A DNA stretch of 44,738 nt from Octopus bimaculoides (Eukaryota), in assembly GCF_001194135.2 (NCBI RefSeq), contig NC_069004.1, positions 7,807,898-7,852,635 on the forward strand, given 5' to 3'. Position numbers and translations under genes: made by a program. The notes beneath the pieces were generated by a model. The model searched no databases, had not been told where the DNA came from, and saw nothing but the letters and a program-made list of their open reading frames with translations. This document shows, piece by piece, positions 33,919-44,738 of the stretch (positions are counted from its first letter, which is position 1; the number at the start of each line of letters is the position of its first letter).

Positions 33919-35167
33919 CTGAAAACTAAGAAGCACCATTGGATTGTATTTTACGACGATCCTAGCTTTTCAACAGTTTTCTTGGCAGGACATTTTAAAA
34001 CTCAAATATCTAAATATCAGTTTAAGAAATACATAAACCATAATTCTCTTTTTGTTTTTATTTTGCTTCAAATGTGNNNNNNNNNNNNNNNNNNNNNNNN
34101 NNNNNNNNNNNNNNNNNNNNNNNNNNNNNNNNNNNNNNNNNNNNNNNNNNNNNNNNNNNNNNNNNNNNNNNNNNNNNNNNNNNNNNNNNNNNNNNNNNNN
34201 NNNNNNNNNNNNNNNNNNNNNNATATATATATATATATATATATACATAGATACATATTTACTTGCATAAAAACATATGATATATGCAAGTAAATATTTA
34301 TTCCAAAAACGACCTTGTAACCATCCTGATTTAAGCGGTTGTTAATATCATAGATAGAAAGATATATGACATCAAAATATTCGTCTCGCATGGTCAACTT
34401 TTCCCGATTGCCTATTGAATTTTTCTTCGGCCTTTCGCGTCCATGCTAATACAGGTTTTAAGAAGAAAATAGTATATCTTCACTTGCTGTGTATTAGCAT
34501 AATATAGAATATAAAATGGATATTTATTCATCATAAAATTCAAAACTTGTTTAAGAATTTCAGCCATCGGCTATCTTTATTGGGACGACGTATAATCCGT
34601 TTGGAGCTGCGTTGATAAATTGTTTGTATACAAATTGAAGAGGCTGATATTTATTAAAAAAAAAAATTTAGTACTTCCATTTTCGACTGGCATCCCATCA
34701 CACGGCTTCAGATATCAGCATCCGCTTGTGATTACACATATTCTTGCCAACACTCAAATACGACTACATAATTATCAAGTATTCGCCGAAGATAAGCAGT
34801 CCATATTTTCCTTTTAATTGCAGTTAAAGTTTAGATAATTACTAGGTATCACTTTGCTTTCAGACTCTGCCACACGTTAACAAAATTCACAGAGTAAACT
34901 CTCCCTCATTGGCGAATACTACATTAAATTAACAATCTCCTTACTTCTAATCCATTCCCTCAAATAAAGTATTATATTGTAGCATAGTTTATTTCAAACT
35001 CAGATTTAAATAATTTACTTCACAAAATATTGCTGTAACTCTCAGTTGGATTTTTTCCAGACACAAAGCCACTACTCTACATTTATTTCAAAGCAGTTCT
35101 ATGTCCTTCTACAGTTGGATAAATGTAGTTGCGGTGTTGTTAGTATATCTATCATAAGTGAAAATAT

Positions 35168-35395
35168 TCTCATTTATTTAAGTTTCCCCTGTCTCAATCA
35201 TTGAATTACTGTCATGCTGAGCCAAAGCCTGGGCTGGTTTAGCCGAACAAATCGATCGCACTACTGATTTTTGTCTTTCAGTCTGCTACTTATTCTTCCG
35301 GTTTGTTTTGCTGAACCGCTAAGTTATGGATCGCAAATGCAAACCAGTACCGGCTGTCAACCAGATCAGAGTGGTGGAAAGCACAAACACACACA
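35168..35395 (-). mobile_element. SINE family A, 3' half, diverged
   Basis: Reverse complement: gttgacagccggtactggtttgc...ataacttagcggttcagcaaaac...gaataagtagc...gatcgatttgttcggctaaa...cagcatgac. Confidence 0.75.
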
Positions 35396-35419
35396 TACAT
35401 GCATACATATACGCATACA

Positions 35420-35456
<37 letters not shown>

Positions 35457-36994
35457 GTGTGTGGGATTAGCGAGAGAGAGACGAAAGATGGAAGATACGA
35501 GATTCCTTATTGGTCACCACAATTGTTTCGGCCTGTCTAATATTTATCACGATGAAATAAACAGTGTCGAAATATAATTGATGCTTAGCATTTTGACTGA
35601 CACACCACCAAATCTGCAGTTAGTATAATAATAAAAGAAATGTAAACCTTGTACAAACTAACAACAATTTAGTAAGTTATTCGCAGATCAGTACTTAACA
35701 TTTAGGAAGCATCACTCTCAGTTCAATAACAGCCTCAAGAAATATGGAGCCGTGACTCGATGTTTCTCGATGCTGACGAGCTTTACCTCAAGCACAAATT
35801 CCTCGTGCTAAAATGGGTATTCTATTCACGTCTAGTATGATATCATCTAAAACTTTCATTACACTTTACATATAAAATGCACCATAATCATAATAGATTT
35901 TCATCGTAATGAATGAAATGAAAACTATCGTAATATATTGATTCAAAAGCGAGTCTATGTTTGCATAACATCTACTTCGGGAAATATAAATTCACCGGTT
36001 GATTTCGCTGAGCAATAGAAGCAAATCTGGAGACAATGTCATTGGTTAGTTGTAACTAAAGTTGACCGAAACAATGAAGTGGAATGTTCTGCAAACGAAA
36101 TGGTTAGACGCCCTCGTTCTTGTAATACGATTTGATTGGGTAACCAATGAATAGCAGCTATCAAGATTTATCAAACTTCTTTGAAAATATTCAGTATCAT
36201 CTTGCTCTTTATAGAAGTAATTGTTTAGTAATCTTATTAAACGAAAATTTAGAAACAAAAGAAGATATTTTCTCAGCGGTTACATTGTGATATTTATTAT
36301 ATCAACTTGACAAGTTAATAATTTAACGTGTCTTGCATTATAATATCTTACATCATCACGCAAATATTTGGTGCTGGAAGGTGTATAGAACAGACTACCA
36401 AATTATAACAGTGTTTTCGTGTGAGTTGCAATCCGACTATCATCTGTCGTTTCTTTATTTTTCTTCGTAAGTTTTTACTGTATATCGTAGACGTTTTTAA
36501 ATAGATATCTCTGCGAAAATAAAAATGTGTGAAATAAAAATATAAAATATCTATAAAACAAAGTAAATATGTTAAGAAGAAAACAGTGGCATACGATTAA
36601 ACTAATGAAGAAAGAACGGATCGTGAGCAAATAAGCCGGAAAGCTAATTCATATAAACGTTAGCACTTTTTTACTTTTACAGTTTTGTGAAAACTATGTC
36701 AAAAGTATTTTTGATTATTCACCTTTACCTCTACATTAACATTTCCCTTCCTGTTTCTCTACTCTGCTGTGATTTCTTGGAAAAAATTCTGAATTTAAGT
36801 ATTATTTTTCACACAAAAGAAATTTAGTATACATAGAACATAATATTCATAGAACATAATATGATACTTTCCATCTTTTCACACAGGAATGGAAAAAAAA
36901 ACTATATCTGAAAAAGAACATATAGAAAAATATGTCTATATATAAATAAAAAGCACGCACACTCACACACATATATATATGTAAGTATATATCC

Positions 36995-37210
36995 GCTTCA
37001 ACTTTTGGCACAAGGCCAGCAATTTAAAGGGAAGTGATAGATCGTTTACATAGACCCCAGTGCTCAACTGCTACTTTATTTTACTGACCCCGAATGAATC
37101 AAAGGCTAAAGTCGCCATCGGCAGAATTTGAACTCAAAACGTAAAGACGGGCGGTATGCTGCTAAGTACTCTGCCGGTCGTGCTACGACTCTGGCAGCTC
37201 GCTACCTTAA
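36995..37210 (-). mobile_element. SINE family B, near full length
   Basis: Reverse complement: gcgagctgccagagtcgtagcacgaccggc...tttacgttttgagttcaaattctgccga...cggggtcagtaaaat...gcactggggtc...ggccttgtgccaaaag. Confidence 0.85.
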
Positions 37211-37393
37211 GAAGAAAATTATTTGAGCTTTCAGGACCTTATGCTGGAAAAGTCAGAAAAGTATCGAAATAAATATATTAATACTTTCTTACTCTTACCC
37301 ATGATACAGTTAGTGTTTTTAATATAAATTTACTGGCCTGAAACCTCTAAAGGATTTTTCAACATATGTATTATATATAATATATATAAATGT

Positions 37394-37963
37394 GTGTGTA
37401 TATTTATAAGAATGTATCACATACGTGTGCGTATATGTATGTCAGTGTTCATAAACTTTATCCACCAATTGAAATCTGTACAAATTTACAGAATTATATA
37501 TAGCTGGGTTCCACTCTTAACCAGCATACTAGAAAGCACTCAATCTGCAACAAATTGCACCAGAATCATGATGCAGATGTGTAAAATTATATTAAACGCC
37601 AGATAATCTTTGGATTCCTGTGATAAAATTCTGCGGATTACAAATGCTGGCCATGCATCATTCGATGCGCTAACGGATAGCATAGACTCATCTGAGATTA
37701 AAGAGTTCACTGCCCTTTCATATACAGATACCCAAACACAGTTCAATGTCTTTTATTCTGATAATGATCGGCATTTTGACAACTTCAGGAACAACCTTAT
37801 CAATGCTTTCAGAGAATTCAATCTTAGGATAAAGAGGAAGCACCAACAAAAGGGGTCGTCTTCAGAAAATCTGCTGACAGATTTCCAATCCGTCGAGAAC
37901 AACTCAACTACGTACCTTTTCCGATCAAAATTATATATCAACGTTTATGCAGCAAAAATGTAA
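37394..37963 (+). pseudogene. Possible coding remnant: 190-codon frame with a single internal TAA (37604-37606); identity unknown
   Basis: Track ORFs 37394-37606 and 37610-37963 are in the same frame; the 3' 117 codons are complex and protein-like. No motif recognised. Confidence 0.3.
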
Positions 37964-38017
37964 ATGAAAATTCTTTGAAATGATCATTGGGATGTTATAA
38001 CGATGCTCTGGCTTTAA

Positions 38018-38407
38018 CCCTTCGAAGGTGGGATGCACACATATCCGCTCAAAACATCATTACTTTTATCTGCGGAAAGCGGTTTTACCACTCAGCTCTG
38101 ACAAGAAAAATCTCCTTATCTGGTAAGTGAAACCTTGGAGTCAATTTCCCGAATTTTGGAGTCAAGAAGTCAATTTTGGAGTCAATGAGTCAATTTTCGG
38201 AATTTTACTTTATTGCTTCACATATTTCATCAAATATCTCTTTACAGAGCAAGAATCAAATACGTTTAATGACGGATACGAAAACCAGACCAACAGGAGA
38301 TACTGAAATTATATTGCAAAAGAAGAAAATATCAATTCTATTTTTTTGGTCGATAATTGACATCGATACGGGAATGACCATGAAATTTAATTTACGCTCT
38401 CAAAGGG
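38018..38407. mobile_element. 390-bp piggyBac-like non-autonomous element
   Basis: TTAA at 38014-38017 and 38408-38411; ends CCCTTCGA...TCAAAGGG (7/8 inverted match); internal subterminal-like repeats TTGGAGTCAA at about 38135-38195. Confidence 0.6.
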
Positions 38408-39269
38408 TTAAGCAACGTCAAGCAAAATTGATTTCACAGAAAATGTTTCTGTTAATCCTAATATCCTGACCTAACATGACGTAAGCCGAAAATATAATGG
38501 CTCAATCCTCTTAAGCGGTAATGTTAGAACAAGTGTTGCGAGAATGCGTTGCTTTAATACAGAGCTATTTAATAGCTATAGCTGTCACAAAATATTCAGT
38601 AATAATTGCCAAACTGCATACCAAATTTTGCAATATATATATCACACATCCACGCCTAGTGCTGCCAATGACACAAACCCACACCTAACTATCAATTGCA
38701 TTATTCCCAAAAAACATTTTTTCAACGGTCTGTGCCTTAAAAGCCAATTGTATGTTAAGCATTTAACACCAATTATACTGTTTATACAAGTAAATATAAG
38801 AGAATACGTTTAAGTCTACCTTCTGTTAACGTATGCACTCATTGACGAACAAAAGAGCAAGCAATGAAGCAATGCAAATCTAATTGAAAATTAGAATGTG
38901 ATTAAAGCTCACGAGCAAAATATGCATAGAAAAATATGTCAAATATTGCTCTAATTTGTCCACAATTCTCAACTTAAAACAAGAGTTCATATTTTTTCTG
39001 TTTACAAATCCCAAATACTTACAGAATATTATTCCCTAAAGCGTAGTGTAAAAGCAAATAATAAACAGTATTGGTTTTTATTTCTGTCATAATTTCATAA
39101 CCTTATCATAGACCTGTAACTTCGAAGGTTCTCCTGAAACTAATACAAAATTGGGCATAATTTTTATTCCAATGAACACAAATCATTCAAATTGTATATG
39201 ATAGATTAACTCTGACAGTTCACACTAAATTCTCGAATTATCGCTGTTAAATTAAGACATGCAATATTA

Positions 39270-39530
39270 TATTCACTTCTTCACAGCTACTTTCACCTTG
39301 TCCCTATATTCAAATCGTCGTCCCAAACTGGTTTTTCTCCGTTCATTCTACCTAAACATGCGCCTTCGTAACCAGTTCGGAGAAAAACGTGTCTTTATCA
39401 GCTTCAAACGCGTGTCCAGCATATCAGATCATTTATCCACACTCCTCCCCTACGAACTGGTTGTCACCAGCCGAGGAACGCATTTTGAACATATCTTCTG
39501 CACAAAGCCTTCCATAATCTTCTGAGTGCA
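39270..39530 (-). mobile_element. Possible highly degenerate RTE-like LINE C-terminal fragment
   Basis: MI*YAGHAF (39409-39423) and, in another frame, RRKTSLGRRFEYRDKVK resemble R(W/Y)AGHV and KR..GR....Y.D.LK. Needs frameshifts and has many stops. Confidence 0.3.
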
Positions 39531-40351
39531 TTGTAACGGCAGTGCAATTGTGCAGTGGTGCAGTTGTGCAGTTGTGCAGCCAAGTCATAGAATATGTCAC
39601 ATCTGTTCCTGCGAATCAATTTGTCCCCTCATTGAAAATCCGTGTCAGTTGTCGCAATTAAAGGTCTCTCACTGCATAATTTGACAGCCGCGCTAAATTC
39701 CCCTCTTCAAATTCTATCTATTAATGCGCATTATTCATGTCAATGATATAATTTCCGTAAGCAATGCTTAGCTTTCTGCGAATATCAGACTGCTTACTCT
39801 CGTCTTGCATCAAGAACTCAATGACAGTACATTACTTCTACTTGGAACTCACTATTCGCCTGCAATGAAAAGTAATTGGGGAAAAATCAAAGATTCACCA
39901 TACAGAGAGAATAACTTTACGTGCGGGTCAAATCTGAACAAAATATGTCAATAAAGAAAAATGTTAAGACTATTTAGACGTCGTATTCATTATAGCCCTC
40001 CTTTCATAATTCAACACATTGCAGAACATGCAGTAATATCTTAGATCAACAGTCACAATATTTCATAACGGGACAGAAAAATCAATTTGCCATTATGATC
40101 CGTGATTGTGTTATTGGAAGAGATTAATATTTATGAAGATTTTATCACATTAAGTAGACGAACAGCGTTTAAGTAGAAGAGCCAAGATATAGGTCCCTAC
40201 GAAATTGATGCTTATTCATGGCGCCGAAAGTTATCACTCATAGATACATGATGTCAGAATAACGGAAATATTGCATTTTAGTTTATTTAATTATATTTCT
40301 CTTAATTTCATTCCATTCCATTGCCGTGGCAAATTTGAAGAACTTATGTAT

Positions 40352-40383
40352 GAGTGTGTGCGTGCGTGTGTGTGTGTGTGTGT

Positions 40384-40466
<83 letters not shown>

Positions 40467-40506
40467 TGACAGTGAGCGTGTGCGTGTGCCTGCGTGAGTA
40501 TGTGTG
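40352..40506. repeat. (TG)n microsatellite
   Basis: Direct reading. Confidence 0.95.
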
Positions 40507-41743
40507 TATAAACAAAGTTGAAAACACATAATACGAAGTGTGTATGTGTTGTTATTTCGTCGGGCGGCTGCGTCGTTTAGGCGTAACAGAATATAATCTC
40601 AATGCCTTTGGTGTAAAAACACCCAAAAGCAGATCATAGTGAAAGAAGACAATTCACTCACATCACATCCCTTTCTTCGGGACGACAGACATCGATGCTT
40701 CGTCATTGTTTTGACTTGCCAATGCCTCAATGCGGCATACCATGCAAGGGGTCTGCTTGTGAGGAATAATTTATTCCTCCGTTTATCAAGCTGGTATATG
40801 GCGGAATGTATTATTATTTCAACCAGGAACACCTGGGTAGCTATAATTGCAAGATTTGTAGCTTTTAATTTAAGATATATGTATAATTTAAGATTATATA
40901 TATATATATATATATATATNNNNNNNNNNNNNNNNNNNNNNNNNNNNNNNNNNNNNNNNNNNNNNNNNNNNNNNNNNNNNNNNNNNNNNNNNNNNNNNNN
41001 NNNNNNNNNNNNNNNNNNNNNNNNNNNNNNNNNNNNNNNNNNNNNNNNNNNNNNNNNNNNNNNNNNNNNNNNNNNNNNNNNNNNNNNNNNNNNNNNNNNN
41101 NNNNNNNNNNNNNNNNNNNNNNNNNNNNNNNNNNNNNNNNNNNNNNNNNNNNNNNNNNNNNNNNNNNNNNNNNNNNNNNNNNNNNNNNNNNNNNNNNNNN
41201 NNNNNNNNNNNNNNNNNNNNNNNNNNNNNNNNNNNNNNNNNNNNNNNNNNNNNNNNNNNNNNNNNNNNNNNNNNNNNNNNNNNNNNNNNNNNNNNNNNNN
41301 NNNNNNNNNNNNNNNNNNNNNNNNNNNNNNNNNNNNNNNNNNNNNNNNNNNNNNNNNNNNNNNNNNNNNNNNNNNNNNNNNNNNNNNNNNNNNNNNNNNN
41401 NNNNNNNNNNNNNNNNNNNNNNNNNNNNNNNNNNNNNNNNNNNNNNNNNNNNNNNNNNNNNNNNNNNNNNNNNNNNNNNNNNNNNNNNNNNNNNNNNNNN
41501 NNNNNNNNNNCTCTTCCGATCTTATATATATATATATACATATATATGGCTTCGTGGCTTAGTGGTTAGGTTCAGTTTCCGTATAACAATCCATAGATGT
41601 CTGTTTATTTACACATTCACTGCATCTTAAGTTCTTTATTCATTGCCTGTTAACCCTTCTTCCTCCCATTCGGTATGTCATATCATATTAACAGCACGGT
41701 ATTTATTACTTGTATCCTTAAACTAAATTCACTTACAAGCTAA

Positions 41744-41941
41744 CCCTTTTGACGCCAAGCAACCTAAGACCGCTCATTACTGCTTTAAAGTAATTTAAAC
41801 TATAACCATTCAGCAAAAGTTTTGCTAATTTCTTTTGCAAATATTAGCTTAATAATTACAGTTATTTTGTTAAAGTCTTCGTTATTTCCAAAATTAATTG
41901 AAACGGAGACAGTTTTTCAGCAAAATATGAGAAATAAAGGG
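41744..41941 (+). mobile_element. About 200-bp TTAA-type (piggyBac-like) MITE, copy 1
   Basis: CTAA|CCCTTT...AAAGGG|TTAA; homologous to the reverse complement of 42320-42541. Orientation is arbitrary. Confidence 0.7.
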
Positions 41942-42319
41942 TTAAAAACGTTCCTAAAAAAGTAGTTAAGAACATGGAAGCAGAATCTCGTGCATAATGA
42001 ATTTTATAAGAATTATACCTTGTTACATTAATTATCAGAATGAGACGACTTGACGCGGCTGTTTGGACTCTGAGAATCTGGCACGGCTTATTGGATATTC
42101 AAATCAGTTTGGCAACTGTACTTTTTGGAGCTGAGGGCTAACATATGGACACACGCACACACGGACGAATGCGCAGAATTCCACAAAAGAGAGAGAGGGG
42201 GAGGAATGAGAGGAAGTGCAATACTTTAATTGAATACGACTGAAATATATTCTTTATCCACTTCTCGTAAGAAAAAGGGTCGGGTGGGGAGAGCGAGCGA
42301 AATATTAAAATAAAAGAAA

Positions 42320-42541
42320 CCCTTTCATTTCGTTACCATATTTTCCTGAGATACATTGGCTTTGTTTCAATTAATTTTGAAAATAATGAATTAAATAAAA
42401 CAATTTTTGTCATTATTAAGCTGAAGTTTGGAACATTCATTAACACGAAATTTCTAGGGCATTTTAATTTAAATCACTTTAAAAGAGAAAGTTTGAATCA
42501 TAAAATGAAGGGCAATCTCACGTGGGTTGGTACCAAAGGTG
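42320..42541 (-). mobile_element. Same MITE family, copy 2, opposite orientation
   Basis: Reverse complement of its left end (ttattttcaaaattaattgaaacaaagcc...aaaatatggtaacgaaatgaaaggg) matches the right end of copy 1; TTAA at 42542-42545. Confidence 0.7.
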
Positions 42542-42997
42542 TTAAAATGTCTGACGTCAGGTAATAATGAAACTCAAAGTTGCTGTGTCAAAGTTTTATC
42601 CATAAATGCTACCCGGGTACTGTATGGATTTAAAGATAAAATCAAATACCTTCATACCCTAGTGTAAATGTAGTATAAGGTGCTGTGATGCCATTAGGGA
42701 TAACTGACTCCACATTCATTAGAAACGGCAATCTAATTTTCTAGAAAAACATTACGAAATTCTCCTAGCCAAAAACAACGGTTTTTGCTCCAAAGTCCCA
42801 AGATCTATGATTAAAAGGTACCTAACACATTGATCGAGGAGAAATCCATAGGATGCCATAGTCATTATACATTCCAAGTAATTATCTAGCTATACACTTC
42901 ATATAATGAAACGGAAGACCTACATCAGCTAGGCAGCCAACCAGTACAAACATGCTACTCTAATTCTCATGCAACCAAACAGATCGAACCAAAGATC

Positions 42998-43077
<80 letters not shown>

Positions 43078-43089
43078 NNNNNNNNNNTT

Positions 43090-43215
43090 ATTCCACAAAA
43101 CTTCCGTTTACTAACTCAACTACACGAAATGACTGACCAGGAGCTATTTTGGAAGACACTTGCCCAAATAACCAAGCAATGGTTATCACTGAACCCGAAC
43201 GTGTTTGCAAAGCAA
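43090..43215 (-). mobile_element. SINE family A head fragment
   Basis: Reverse complement: gctttgcaaacacgttcgggttcagtg...ttgggcaagtgtcttcca...tgagttagtaaacggaag, abutting the (TG)n tract at 43020-43077. Confidence 0.65.
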
Positions 43216-43275
43216 ATATCTTGGCCTCACTGACATATGATATACATATATATATGCTTATATATATATATATTT

Positions 43276-43277
43276 AA

Positions 43278-43322
<45 letters not shown>
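43276..43322. repeat. (GA)n microsatellite
   Basis: Direct reading. Confidence 0.95.
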
Positions 43323-43324
<2 letters not shown>

Positions 43325-44029
43325 ATATTATATTATATTATATATTATACATATAATGATAAATCTTGCTTGTTTAACAACACTCAGACAACTGACACAA
43401 CACTCACAACATTCATTTATTACTTTCCATATAGCATAGATGTTTACATCAATTCAATTATATTATATTATATTATATTTTATTATATTATATTAAGTAA
43501 ATGCATTATATCACATGATATATCAATATACATCATTTTTATCTAATAGATCTATCAATCTTAGACATTTAATACGATTAACTTTTGCTTATATATATAT
43601 ATCGATATCTATATTTATTTACTCGCATATATATATGTATATATACACAGACATCTATATATATTTATATATACATATAAATATGTGTGCTTATATATAT
43701 GTATATATATACATATACATATACATTATCATTCAAACACGCACATATATATACATATATACATGTGTGTGTGTATATATATACATACGTATGTACATTT
43801 ATGAACATGTGTATGTATGTGTCTATTTTCTATCTATGTAGGCATACCTGTATGTGTTTATACATAGTTATTTCTCAACATAAATATTTCGGTAAATATA
43901 TGTGTATGTGTACATATGCAAATGTGTCTGCATTTATATTTGTGTATGCAAGGATATACATACTTGTCTACTTCGATTTTGCATATGGATAACTTAGCGT
44001 TTGCATGCATGTGTATATGTTTGCTCTCC

Positions 44030-44160
44030 TCATTTATCTGTAGGAGAGAGTAGGCTCGAAACGGCAATGACTTCCATTATTCCTCAGCGTCAAAGTAATT
44101 CACCTTGTTTCTTGCTGTTAACTCATCTGTCCCCGTGATTTTGTTTATTTTGAACACTTT
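44030..44160 (+). mobile_element. Second copy of the pseudo-LTR-like repeat with a degenerate hammerhead motif
   Basis: CTG[T]AGGA GAGA-GTAG-GCTC GAAAC GGC AATGAC at 44038-44071; downstream ttcctcagcgtcaaagtaattcacc aligns with ttcctgagcgttacactaatacatc at 30341. Confidence 0.55.
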
Positions 44161-44738
44161 TGAACTATACATAAATACGTTCATACATATATGACTGTAT
44201 GTATGCATGTATGTTTGTATGTATGTATGTGGGCATGTGAACACTTCATTACTCATCGTTCCTATCTAGTGAGCTGTAATGTGTGTCAGCCAAGTTATTG
44301 ATGAAATGTCTTTGTCCCTTCATCTGTCCCATTCAGAATTTGACCCAGCGTGCTTACTCAGAAAGTCGGGAGGTTATCCACACCTGTGACTATTCATGCA
44401 TGTAAAAAATATTTAAACAAAACTCGGCACATGAATCTAATTGATATTCATTCGTCAGTGGCAGCTGGCTTACTGGTTAGTTTACTTCTCTTATTCTATT
44501 AGTAATGTTTCCTTGTTTGTTATACGGATATAGCTAGTACCAGAGCGTCACACTACCTGTGGTATTATTTTATTCCATCATTGCACTCATCTTGCATGTG
44601 TATGGGTAAATACGCTTTTCTCTCTGACGCCTTGTCTTTCTTGTGTGCTTATGTATATGTATATATATATATATATATACATATACGTGTCTGTGTCTGT
44701 ATGATTATATATATGTATGTATATATATATATATATAT

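Noticed and set aside
39526-39546. GTGCATTGTAACGGCAGTGCA, 17/21 identical to miR-33
   Set aside because: Four mismatches in a highly conserved miRNA, no star arm, it overlaps an 8-bp GTTGTGCA tandem repeat, and there is no SREBP exon context.
935-44067. Most ORFs in the supplied track (YIYI, CVCV, HTHT, LSIY, poly-R/S/Y/V/T, and those containing X)
   Set aside because: They are translations of microsatellites that lack stop codons, or they run through N-gaps; no coding evidence.

Overview
AT-rich eukaryotic, non-genic-looking DNA, probably a whole small draft scaffold: it starts and ends in (AT)n and has 10 N-gaps (1075-1157, 7240-7360, 8909-9247, 18208-18505, 19597-19829, 29657-30143, 32649-33297, 34077-34222, 40920-41510, 43078-43087). 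The microsatellite density and SINE families suggest an octopus genome; this is inference from recalled repeats, not a database hit. No host protein-coding gene, rRNA, tRNA gene or CRISPR array can be named. Supported content: about 20 copies or fragments of three tRNA-derived SINE families (A, B and C are my labels), a Penelope-like retroelement remnant encoding a linker plus GIY-YIG endonuclease in a frame still open for 203 codons (13781-14392), an RTE-clade LINE 3' fragment (28231-28620), a fold-back MITE (10483-10659), three TTAA-type piggyBac-like non-autonomous elements, and two repeat copies carrying broken minimal hammerhead-ribozyme motifs. Best leads: the open Penelope endonuclease frame, several long dsRNA-forming inverted structures (3146-3312, 4449-4972, 15215-15565, 41744-42541), the hammerhead remnants, an orphan 190-codon frame with one stop (37394-37963), and a speculative phase-compatible minus-strand exon chain with TIR-like motifs. 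Most ORFs in the supplied track are microsatellite or N-gap artefacts. All alignments were done by eye.
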